Made by a program: the position numbers and the translations under genes
Shown: piece after piece, positions 9,066 through 17,967 of the stretch
Position numbering within the stretch: the first letter of the stretch is position 1
Layout: every line of letters begins with the position of its first letter
DNA from: Flavobacteriales bacterium
Lineage (GTDB): Bacteria; Bacteroidota; Bacteroidia; Flavobacteriales; Flavobacteriaceae
DNA: 28,018 bases
NCBI GenBank assembly: GCA_027032855.1
Contig: JALVLX010000153.1
Location: 1-28,018, forward strand
Direction of reading: 5' to 3'
Notes under the pieces: model-generated
The model's input: the letters and a program-made list of their open reading frames with translations, nothing else
Database searches by the model: none
Told to the model about the DNA's origin: nothing

Positions 9066-10367
9066 TTGAAACCGGAAACATCTTTTATGAATCTACTTAA
9101 AAACAAAAAAACGTCAAGCATCCTGTTGTTAACAGGGATTGCCAAATCCAAAAAAAAACCGGATACTTCCGGATTTAAAAGGTTTATATCACACATTGAG
9201 AATAAACATAAGAAATTTACGGATTTGGAGGTATTGAAGCATCTTTTTCTGCCTGCCCATATTGATAATCTGGCAGCTGAAGAAAAAGAGCGAAAAAAAA
9301 CAAACAGTCCTCGTTGCTATACTAAAACAATCAATAAGGATTATATTTTTCATTTTGACAATGAAGCTTATAAAATACCGGTCAAACATTTGGACATTTT
9401 TTTCTTCCCGGATGAGGTAATGATCTATTCCATAAAAACCGAATTACACAATTTGCCGGTGTCATTAATCCCTGTATTTAATCATAAGATTAGAAGATTT
9501 GAATTTGAAAAAGATAGTGTGTTTGAAGAGATATTCCATATTCTCAACCGTTTATCGGAAGATGAACGGGACAAAATGGAAGAATATACTGATTTTTTGC
9601 ACCTTGTTACCAATGGTAATAAGCTAAAATCCTATCTTCTTTTGCTGGAAGATTTTAGTTATCCAAAAGATTATTCAAGGGATAATTTGATGTTTGAGCT
9701 TGCCACTTGTTCTCCTATTGGCAGTAGTACGGGAGCTACTGCCGATAAAAAATTGCAGCCGGCAACATCATATTATGAGTATATATTAGAGCAAGGCAAA
9801 ATTTCCGTATTTGAAGAATGGTGCGCTTTGTCCACTAATGATTCTTTTGTTTATGTACAAAATAATAACAGTGGTACGGGGCTTAATATCTTTCAGTGGG
9901 AACATCTGTATTACAGGTTTATTTACCTCAATGCAGTATATATATACAATTACCTTTTTGAGATTAATAAAGCCTATCGTAAAGAAAAATACGATAAGAA
10001 TTTATTGCACAAATTTTTGGATTTTGATAAAAAATATATCCTTGAAAAAATATCATATAATTTTTTACCAAATCTGGTACATAAGAAAATTAAAGCCGCA
10101 ATGGGAATAGACAATGAATTGGAGCAACTGCATACCTCTATAGACAAAGAGAGTATTAAACGTGATAGAATTTCAACTAATAAGTTGAACGCCGTGCTGC
10201 TTATTATTACATTGTTGTCTATGATATCCGTTTTTAAAGAATGGGGTGATTGGCTTGTAGAAGTGAATTTGGTACAGCTCGATACATTTTCTTATTATCT
10301 TTTCTCTTTGTTACCGGTTGGTATTGCCATATTGCTAATGTTGTTTTTTTGGCGCAGGTCGAAATAG
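9066..10367 (+). CDS. CorA-like two-TM membrane protein (no GMN motif); start may be the ATG at 9087
   Basis: Large soluble alpha/beta N-region, a long helical stalk (LLHKFLDF...ISYNFLPNLVHKKIKAAMGIDNELEQL), then two C-terminal TMs and a basic tail (WRRSK). This is the CorA-superfamily layout. Confidence 0.55.
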   Translation: MKPETSFMNLLKNKKTSSILLLTGIAKSKKKPDTSGFKRFISHIENKHKKFTDLEVLKHLFLPAHIDNLAAEEKERKKTNSPRCYTKTINKDYIFHFDNEAYKIPVKHLDIFFFPDEVMIYSIKTELHNLPVSLIPVFNHKIRRFEFEKDSVFEEIFHILNRLSEDERDKMEEYTDFLHLVTNGNKLKSYLLLLEDFSYPKDYSRDNLMFELATCSPIGSSTGATADKKLQPATSYYEYILEQGKISVFEEWCALSTNDSFVYVQNNNSGTGLNIFQWEHLYYRFIYLNAVYIYNYLFEINKAYRKEKYDKNLLHKFLDFDKKYILEKISYNFLPNLVHKKIKAAMGIDNELEQLHTSIDKESIKRDRISTNKLNAVLLIITLLSMISVFKEWGDWLVEVNLVQLDTFSYYLFSLLPVGIAILLMLFFWRRSK

Positions 10368-10458
10368 TAATTTTTAGGAATAGAAAGGCACGAGCGTTCG
10401 GGTAAAGGTAATCCCGGATAAAATTTATGGTCTTTATATGAGGGAATTGTATCGTGGA

Positions 10459-10478
10459 TAAGTTCAATTAGTAAATGC
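10459..10478. repeat. 20-bp direct repeat, copy 2 (TAAGTTCAATTAGTAAATGC)
   Basis: Identical to 482-501. Confidence 0.95.
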
Positions 10479-10500
10479 AATAATAAAGTTTATTTTTTTG

Positions 10501-10508
10501 TATATTTG
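10501..10508 (+). promoter_or_regulatory. Bacteroidetes housekeeping sigma -7 element (TATATTTG) for cluster B
   Basis: TAnnTTTG consensus preceded by a T-tract, 84 bp upstream of the ATG at 10593. Confidence 0.65.
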
Positions 10509-10592
10509 TGCTACAATGAAAAGGTTGGGGTATTTTTAGTTGCCACTACTTAGATATTAAGTTTCTTTAAAAGTTGTGCAAATTATTTTCCT

Positions 10593-12938
10593 ATGAAAAA
10601 AATTCTTTCAATTTTCTTCTTTTTTGTAATAGGTAGTGGCGTGTTTGCACAACCATGTCAAAAGGAAAAGGAAGAAAAACCTATTTTTATAAGTACAAGT
10701 TTGGGGGAAACAGATCCTGAATTAAAGGCTGTTGATATTGACAATTTGTCAAATTTGTGGATTATTACAATGGATAAATCTACGTTAGAGGGAGAGTCCC
10801 AATTGTATTTAGACAATAGTATTCTTTTTATAATTAAGACACTTCAAGATTGCGTTTATCCAAGGATTAATTTTGATAAAGACAGATTTGTGTTTTACAA
10901 TACCGGAGTTGTGAAAGATACCGGTATGGTGAGAAGCTATACCGGTTTAAACGCTCTGAGAAGTATTGAGGCAAATTTTACTGATGCGTATATTCATTTT
11001 GTTTATCAACATGTTTATTCTCCAAAAAAAAGAAGAAGAATAAAGACAACAAATGTTAAGTTTAAAAAACATCGCGATAAAGGACTTAGTGATAAAATAA
11101 CTGAATATTTGGAAGCAAATGAACATAATTCTGAAAGAATTTACCCGTATAAGTATTCATTTGTGTCTTTAAATCATACTTTATCCTTAAGTAAAACCCT
11201 AAAATATTTTAAAAAGGAAAAAAAAGCAAGATTTAATTTGTTAAACTTTAATAAGATTTATGTTTTGAGCATAACTAATGAAGAAAACGCTTTATCTGAC
11301 GAAAATGATTATTGGTTGACGGATTATAAGACGATAAAAGAATATGCGCCCGAAAAATTAAAAGAAATAAATACTGTAATAAGCCGTTTGGTTGTAAGTC
11401 CGTTTAGTAAGACTGAGAAACCTTTTGCGCGTTTTGTGCCTGTTTTTAATAAGGCTAACAGTTATTGGAGAGTTTCACTGCTGAGGTATGAAACATTTCG
11501 GTCAATTCCGGATACAATTGGATTTTTTAATGACATCTTAAAGCTTGAAAAGAAAAACGGAGACATTTTTGTAAAATTGGCAAAAAAGCGCATTTGGGGG
11601 AATGCCATTGAACAGGTTTCAATCAAAACATTTGCACTAAATCGTTCTACTACGCCAAGTACAGATTTTATTTTTAAAGATAGCTTTCCGGTTAATATCT
11701 CAATTAACAAATTTTTTGAAAATAATATGAGGATATCCGGTTATGCACAGGTGATATATAATGATCCTGTACTGGGCAAAAAACGAAAAAAAATCTATTT
11801 TAAACAGACCATTAATTTTTATTCAAATATTTATGATATGATTTTGAAAATTTTATTGTTAGGATCGTTGCTTTTGTTTGTCGTCTATGTTTCTCAAAAA
11901 CAAATGATTGTTGTAACACCTGCGGGTTCTGTAGTGTTCAAGCGAGGTTTCTTTCTATTTTCAAAATTTACAAAACAAAATATTTTAATGCTGTTGTCTG
12001 ACGGACAAAAGATTACAAAGCTTCTAACTTGTGAATCGGTTTTGTCGTTTTTATTTGTGAAAAATAATCCAAATCTTGTTTTTGAAGCCAATGATTCCGA
12101 TTATGAAATGGTCATTATGTCTAAAAAAAGTTTTGAGGTAACAAGTGTGCTAATTAAAACCGAATTATATAAAAAGAAATCAGACAAAAAAAGTACTGCT
12201 GAGACTAAAGAAATGAAGGAGATAATCAACGCATTCAGGGAGGGTTACAATCTTCGTTTTGTCCAAAAAAATACGGAACGTTTCATCTCGATTGATAACA
12301 AATACAATATTGTTAAGAATTATATTGAAGAAATCAATCAGCCGGATGATGAAGCAAAGAACCGGGCAATGATTTCAAAATATTTTATTGAAAATAATAT
12401 ATTTAGAAAAGCTAACTACTTTTTTATGATCAATGAAGTTGGTAACAAAGTTTTTTATAACTTTGTAAGGTTTTGTACAAAAAATAAACCGGATGTAAAA
12501 ATATTAATAACATACCAGAGAGAATTGGGCGTACAAGACAACGAGAAAGCGTATCGTGAAATAAAACAATTGGCAAAGAAGTATCATTTGAATTTGCATA
12601 AAAAAATTATTTATGAGAATGATAGTGCATACAACAAACAACTGAGCCATATAACTACTTCGGTTTATCCTTTGTTTGTAGCTATTATGCCTGATAATGA
12701 AGTATTAAAAGAAAAAGATGTCATGATGATATACGATCCGTTGCTTGAAACGGACCAAGTCACATTTAAGATTCCGGAAATGCCGGATGACGGAAGACAT
12801 TATTATTTATATCAATATTCTGACGTTTATATCTATCGTTTGTCATACAATGAAAGAATACCGTATCAGGTTGATCAGCTATTGCCGTCGCACAGATATA
12901 CTTTAGATTTATCTAATGGAAAAATAAAATTAAAATAA
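10593..12938 (+). CDS. membrane protein: signal peptide, vWA-like extracytoplasmic domain (degenerate MIDAS), TM, cytoplasmic C-domain
   Basis: Signal MKKILSIFFFFVIGSGVFA|Q. WIITMDKST (D61-K-S63) resembles vWA strand 1 and KIYVLSITNEE resembles strand 4 with D replaced by N. TM at about aa 417-434. The vWA call is tentative. Confidence 0.75.
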   Translation: MKKILSIFFFFVIGSGVFAQPCQKEKEEKPIFISTSLGETDPELKAVDIDNLSNLWIITMDKSTLEGESQLYLDNSILFIIKTLQDCVYPRINFDKDRFVFYNTGVVKDTGMVRSYTGLNALRSIEANFTDAYIHFVYQHVYSPKKRRRIKTTNVKFKKHRDKGLSDKITEYLEANEHNSERIYPYKYSFVSLNHTLSLSKTLKYFKKEKKARFNLLNFNKIYVLSITNEENALSDENDYWLTDYKTIKEYAPEKLKEINTVISRLVVSPFSKTEKPFARFVPVFNKANSYWRVSLLRYETFRSIPDTIGFFNDILKLEKKNGDIFVKLAKKRIWGNAIEQVSIKTFALNRSTTPSTDFIFKDSFPVNISINKFFENNMRISGYAQVIYNDPVLGKKRKKIYFKQTINFYSNIYDMILKILLLGSLLLFVVYVSQKQMIVVTPAGSVVFKRGFFLFSKFTKQNILMLLSDGQKITKLLTCESVLSFLFVKNNPNLVFEANDSDYEMVIMSKKSFEVTSVLIKTELYKKKSDKKSTAETKEMKEIINAFREGYNLRFVQKNTERFISIDNKYNIVKNYIEEINQPDDEAKNRAMISKYFIENNIFRKANYFFMINEVGNKVFYNFVRFCTKNKPDVKILITYQRELGVQDNEKAYREIKQLAKKYHLNLHKKIIYENDSAYNKQLSHITTSVYPLFVAIMPDNEVLKEKDVMMIYDPLLETDQVTFKIPEMPDDGRHYYLYQYSDVYIYRLSYNERIPYQVDQLLPSHRYTLDLSNGKIKLK

Positions 12939-12947
12939 TATACGAGT

Positions 12948-15341
12948 ATGGAGAAAGTATTTTTACCCTTAAAATTGGAAACAAGTCTTAAAATCATTAG
13001 TCTTTCCGAAGAAAATATAGAATGGTATGATCCGGCTATTATACGAGGTGAAAATTTATTTACCTTTGAAAAAAAAGCCAGAGGTTTATTTTCGGAAGAA
13101 AATAAATTAAAAGAATATGAACTTAGTTTTGAGATTGAGGAAGAGAATGTTATAACAGAGGGCAATTACTATGAAATTACCATTAGAATTAGAAAATCAA
13201 CCAATGGTAATTTTGTTATTGAAGAAGATGACGACAAGGACGATTCTGATCCCAACGCAAAAAAGAGATTTGTTCTACAAAAAAATGAGGGTAAAATTTA
13301 CTTAAAACTGAAGACTGAACCCACACACAATTCCGTTGTAAAAGTTATTTTCAAATATATGGAAGTTGATGATGAAGAAGAGGAGGAGGCTACTGATGGA
13401 AGAGTTTATACGGGTAAGTTGATGTTGGTTAAAGTGCCTTTTTCAGATGTGGTTAATATTAATATTGATTTAGGTTCGGAAGCCACTCAGATGAATTATC
13501 GTGACAGTAAAAACTCTCTGAATAGTATCAACATAATTAATAAATTTAACAAGCAATTAAAAATTGAAAAAACAAATCCGGACGATTACTTTTTCCAAAT
13601 GGATTTGTTTAATTCCTCTTTGTTTATAACCGGAAATTTATTAGTAAAAAAAGTAGGCGGTCATTTATATCCGGCTAAAAAGTTTGACGATAATGATGTT
13701 TTTTATCGAGTACTGAGTTTAAAATCAGATTTGAATAAGAAGGATGAAGATGTGTCATATAAAGACTGGAAAACTTCTAAGAACAATATTACTCGTTTGC
13801 CCAATCCTAAAATTTTGGCACAAGTGAACGTAGATCATATCATTAGTTCTGATATTGTTTTTTTAGACAGTTACGGTGATGAAACAGATTTGTCTTTAAA
13901 CTACCCGAGCTTTATCAAACATTTTTATAAATCATTGATTGAAATAGCCATCAATAAACATAGAAGAGAAAATGGTTTTGGAGAGTTTATTACAATTAAA
14001 AATTTCAGAGTTGTTTTGTTAATGCCCAATGTTTTTAATCAGAATTATATTACCGGTGTGGTAAAATATCTGAACAAAGCCATTAATGAAAAATTTGTTA
14101 AGGAACGTTTTGGTGACAATCCACAACCAAACAGCAAGCATCCAATGGTAGAAATTTTTGTTGTGTCAGAAAGTGATGCCGCATTTATGGGGGCTTTGCG
14201 TACCGGAAATACGGGGGTTGAATCTCACAAAATAAAGAAAGGGGATAAGATTTTAATCATTGATTCGGGTAAGGGAACAACGGATTTTTCAATTGTTGAG
14301 TATCTTGATAACAACCGGTGGAAAAACATAAAACGAGGCGGGATAATTGGTGCCGGGCAGTATATTACCAATGCTTATTTTAAAAGATTGGCAAAATTGG
14401 TAAAAGAGAGTGATAATAGAAATGATTATAATAATAAAGCTTATGATAATCTGATAAGCAGCTATACTCATCCGGAAAAGTGGCAAGCAGGATATGTTAT
14501 CAGTGAAATATTGGAAACTATTAAGCGAAAATCTACGGATTATGATACTTGCCAACTTGACGAAAAGTTTGTTGAACACCTGAAAGATAATGTTGTCGAT
14601 AATAATGCAACCTACGATATAAAGATTCCGAGTAGATGTATCAAGGATGATTTGGTAAAATTGGTTGTTGAAATTGTTGATAAAATTATTGGAAATAAAG
14701 CTGAAATTTCAGATATAGATAAAATATATCTGACCGGAAGAAATTTTATGTTTGAACCTTTTAAGAATTTGCTGAAAACAAGACTTAACCAAGTAGTTTT
14801 TTCAAAAACTACCGGCGGCTTCTTTTCTAAGAAAAAACGTGTTCCGTCAGAAATTGTTGTGGTAAAAGATGAAAACCTGAAAACTCTGGCAGTAAATATT
14901 CAATCGCCTACAGATTTTGAAACCAATGCTAATAGCGGACTGTTGGGACAAGAGTTTGATTTGTACAAGCCTATAAAACACAATAACAAGGAGTATTACT
15001 ACATTGGTATGCAGTACAATGATAAAAGTATTGTCAACAAAAATGATATCATGGATGCACTTGATATGCAGGAGACCATAAATATTTCGAAATTTACGGG
15101 TGATGCAATTTTAGCACCGGGTGTTTTGCCAAGTGCAAATGGATATTATGGTAAGTTGCTGGAAGAAATAGATAAAATAGTTGTAGAAGATTGTAGGTTT
15201 ATACTTTATGAAAAAAAAGAAGAAGATACTAAAGAACCCGAAACCCAAAAGCCGGTTGTTGAAAACCAAGGTGTTGTAAACAAAAATGATGATGCGAACA
15301 GCAATAACAAATCTGATAATCCTGATGAATATAAAATATAG
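12948..15341 (+). CDS. divergent actin/Hsp70-superfamily ATPase with extra N-terminal domain
   Basis: Phosphate-1 INIDLGSEATQ (D174), connect-1 VVSESDAAF (E408), phosphate-2 ILIIDSGKGTTDFSIV (D439), GGIIGAGQYIT, and adenosine motif IYLTGR (G597), in the correct order. No signal peptide. Confidence 0.85.
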   Translation: MEKVFLPLKLETSLKIISLSEENIEWYDPAIIRGENLFTFEKKARGLFSEENKLKEYELSFEIEEENVITEGNYYEITIRIRKSTNGNFVIEEDDDKDDSDPNAKKRFVLQKNEGKIYLKLKTEPTHNSVVKVIFKYMEVDDEEEEEATDGRVYTGKLMLVKVPFSDVVNINIDLGSEATQMNYRDSKNSLNSINIINKFNKQLKIEKTNPDDYFFQMDLFNSSLFITGNLLVKKVGGHLYPAKKFDDNDVFYRVLSLKSDLNKKDEDVSYKDWKTSKNNITRLPNPKILAQVNVDHIISSDIVFLDSYGDETDLSLNYPSFIKHFYKSLIEIAINKHRRENGFGEFITIKNFRVVLLMPNVFNQNYITGVVKYLNKAINEKFVKERFGDNPQPNSKHPMVEIFVVSESDAAFMGALRTGNTGVESHKIKKGDKILIIDSGKGTTDFSIVEYLDNNRWKNIKRGGIIGAGQYITNAYFKRLAKLVKESDNRNDYNNKAYDNLISSYTHPEKWQAGYVISEILETIKRKSTDYDTCQLDEKFVEHLKDNVVDNNATYDIKIPSRCIKDDLVKLVVEIVDKIIGNKAEISDIDKIYLTGRNFMFEPFKNLLKTRLNQVVFSKTTGGFFSKKKRVPSEIVVVKDENLKTLAVNIQSPTDFETNANSGLLGQEFDLYKPIKHNNKEYYYIGMQYNDKSIVNKNDIMDALDMQETINISKFTGDAILAPGVLPSANGYYGKLLEEIDKIVVEDCRFILYEKKEEDTKEPETQKPVVENQGVVNKNDDANSNNKSDNPDEYKI

Positions 15342-15343
15342 TT

Positions 15344-17959
15344 ATGAAGCCAATTGTTAAGAAAAACGGAATAAAAATAATCTTAATCTTACTGTTATTA
15401 TTAATTGTATTTTTTTCAATTAAGAGTATAAAATCAACGGATAGATTAAGCCAAGTTTTTTATAATAGTGAACCCGAAGTTGAAATACCTGCGGAAGCTG
15501 TTGCGATGAACTTTTTCTTACAACAGCACGATACTTCGATTAATTCTAAAATAATTTTACAGGTTTATGAGCGTCAAACCCCTGACGCGTTGGTTATAAA
15601 GTTGTTTGGAAAAGGAAAACTTATTGACAGTTTGCAACTGGTTTATACAAATGATACTTTAAAGGTAGAAACCTTAAAAAACGCAAATCCTTTTTTAAAA
15701 AAAACTAAATTGGATTTGTTGTTTGGAAGTGCAAATAAATGGGATTTAGCAAAATACAAGTCAAAGACAATTATTGAAAAACTTAATTGGAATGATATAA
15801 AACCGGATGAAAAATATGATAGTAAAAGAAAAATAAATTCGTTACCGGCAAAAGCTTTTTTTGCTCAAATATTAAAAAACAAGTATCGTGCGCAAAATCC
15901 TAAAAAGGATTATTTGTTGTTAATATACAAACCCAAAACGAACGGTACTTTTGCAAAAGATGATTTCAAAACACTGTTTGTTAATAAACAAGAGGTAATT
16001 GACCAATATTCAAATTACTTAAAACAACAAAGAGACAACCTGTCAAAGAACAATCATTCCGGTGTATTTGATTTAGTACGTAAAGGTGAAAATTATAAGA
16101 TTGTTGAGAAAGGCAAAAAACAACTTAGTTCAAAAAAGACGTTGGGGAAAAAATTGCCTCAATCATTATTTAATTTCTTTTCATTGCTGGAAAATAGAAC
16201 TTTAGACAGGACTAAAACCAGATATAAGGCCTTTAATTATATTTCATATCTCAATTTATCAGTACCGGGAGGAAAGTGGAAAGAGTATTTTGAAAAACAT
16301 AAGAATGATAAATTTGAAGATTTTATAGCTGGTGCACTTCTTTTGCAAATGGATACTTGGAAAAAGGATAAATTGCATTTGGAATATGGAAAAGATAAAA
16401 ACGGACAAACTTTTATCAGTATTTCATCCGGCAAAATTTTTAATCCGGCATGGATTGTTCTGGTGTTGTCATTGCTGGGAATTGTACTGATTTTATTAGA
16501 TGGAATAACCAAAAACAAATTAATTGTTCAAAAAGAAAAAATACAAAATAATCAATGGACTAATTATTTGTCCGGTTTAATTCAAACGCAAGAGAATGAG
16601 GGGATTAAACAAAAACTTTTGGCTTATAAAGACAATCATGATTATTTACAACAATGTTTGGATATAAAAAGGAAAGGCAATGAAGATGTAGTAAAATTGA
16701 TTGAAAAAGGTAATTTGGAAGAGGCGCTTAAGCAAAAGAATGACAGTATCAAGAAGTTGAATAGCAAGTTAGAAAAAATTACGAAGGCAAAAAGCATTGA
16801 GGAACTTAATCAACTGGGAGTAAATATTGAGAACCCCGTTGAACAATTAGATTCTAATGATAATTTTGAAGGTTTTTATCAAAAACTGGTTAATCTTTAT
16901 AAGAATTATGCAACGGAATTGAATAATTTAAAGCTAGATGCCGGAAAATATCGTCAGCTTGAAAAATTGACTGATATTGTTAGTTTAAAGGATAATATTT
17001 CAAACAAAACACTAGTTGCCAAACTCGATGAACTGTTGAAGTTTGCAACGGCTTACAAGGACATACTCAGCATGTCAAAGTGGAATGATTTGAAACAAAA
17101 TAAGGAATTATTCAATAAACTTAATGCGCTTCGTCCCGATAAAACATTGCTTGAAGAAAAAGACTTTGATAAATTTTATGATTTGTTGACGGTGTCTTAT
17201 TCTCAATATAGCGATAAACTGAAACAGTATAAAGAGGTTTCACAATTCTTATCTCAAAATAATCTTGATAGAAACGAATTGAAAGACATGTTGATAAAAC
17301 TGAAAGCAATCAACAAAAAGCCTTATGAAGCATTCAATATAATTTATAACGAAATTTATTTGAAAATAACAAATGCGGAAAGACTTGGTGATATTAAAGA
17401 ATTGCTCAATGAATTCAGTAAAATTGACTATGAAGAAAATTTGCAATATTTGCTAAAATTAGAGAATACCGGTTCATTAAAAGTAGATAAAATATTAAAT
17501 AAAATTATTGAAAATGGTATAAATTCCGACAATGTAGATAGTTTCTTTAACTCGTATAAACTTCAAAAACAATTTATGTCAAAATTACCCGGTTTGATTG
17601 ATGAAGTTTGGGATTCGTTAGAAGAGGTTGAACTGAACAATCCGGTTGTATTTGAACCGGAGCAAATCATCAATCTTATGAAGTTTTATAATATAATGAG
17701 AGATTACGAAAGAACTTACAGAAAAGGCAATGATATGCACTATAAAAAATACAAAGCAAATGTATTTAAACTGATAGGCGATGAGGAAACTGCCAAAAAT
17801 TTGGTTGAAAAATTTGATGTTGTAAACGGTATTTATTCTCATCAGGTTAAAATCATGTATTTTTATATTGGTGAGCATCTCAATGCATATAAAGGAAAGA
17901 TTGATTTTTACATTGATGGTACCGACTTTTCAGAGTATTTTGAAAATTTAAAAAAGTAA
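15344..17959 (+). CDS. two-TM membrane protein with extracytoplasmic domain and long cytoplasmic helical/coiled-coil region
   Basis: N-terminal anchor at about aa 10-25 and a second TM at about aa 370-387, followed by about 480 aa of K/E/L/N-rich helical sequence. Confidence 0.8.
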   Translation: MKPIVKKNGIKIILILLLLLIVFFSIKSIKSTDRLSQVFYNSEPEVEIPAEAVAMNFFLQQHDTSINSKIILQVYERQTPDALVIKLFGKGKLIDSLQLVYTNDTLKVETLKNANPFLKKTKLDLLFGSANKWDLAKYKSKTIIEKLNWNDIKPDEKYDSKRKINSLPAKAFFAQILKNKYRAQNPKKDYLLLIYKPKTNGTFAKDDFKTLFVNKQEVIDQYSNYLKQQRDNLSKNNHSGVFDLVRKGENYKIVEKGKKQLSSKKTLGKKLPQSLFNFFSLLENRTLDRTKTRYKAFNYISYLNLSVPGGKWKEYFEKHKNDKFEDFIAGALLLQMDTWKKDKLHLEYGKDKNGQTFISISSGKIFNPAWIVLVLSLLGIVLILLDGITKNKLIVQKEKIQNNQWTNYLSGLIQTQENEGIKQKLLAYKDNHDYLQQCLDIKRKGNEDVVKLIEKGNLEEALKQKNDSIKKLNSKLEKITKAKSIEELNQLGVNIENPVEQLDSNDNFEGFYQKLVNLYKNYATELNNLKLDAGKYRQLEKLTDIVSLKDNISNKTLVAKLDELLKFATAYKDILSMSKWNDLKQNKELFNKLNALRPDKTLLEEKDFDKFYDLLTVSYSQYSDKLKQYKEVSQFLSQNNLDRNELKDMLIKLKAINKKPYEAFNIIYNEIYLKITNAERLGDIKELLNEFSKIDYEENLQYLLKLENTGSLKVDKILNKIIENGINSDNVDSFFNSYKLQKQFMSKLPGLIDEVWDSLEEVELNNPVVFEPEQIINLMKFYNIMRDYERTYRKGNDMHYKKYKANVFKLIGDEETAKNLVEKFDVVNGIYSHQVKIMYFYIGEHLNAYKGKIDFYIDGTDFSEYFENLKK

Positions 17960-17967
17960 ATTAGCGT

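Larger units (their letters stand above)
482..10478. mobile_element. putative ~10 kb integrated island or cassette bounded by 20-bp direct repeats
   Basis: The perfect direct repeat brackets exactly one co-oriented five-gene cluster. There is no integrase or transposase inside, so mobility is only inferred. Confidence 0.35.

Noticed and set aside
9150-9158. A9 run (and A8 runs at 3024-3031 and 9293-9300) as phase-variation tracts
   Set aside because: Frames are intact and such runs are common in this Lys-rich, AT-rich sequence.
10295-10480. 61-aa minus-strand ORF beginning inside repeat copy 2
   Set aside because: It overlaps the CorA-like gene antisense, has no recognisable motif, and copy 1 has no equivalent start.
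12948-15341. Housekeeping dnaK, mreB or ftsA
   Set aside because: It lacks their signature sequences, has large inserts and extensions, and has no DnaK substrate-binding domain.
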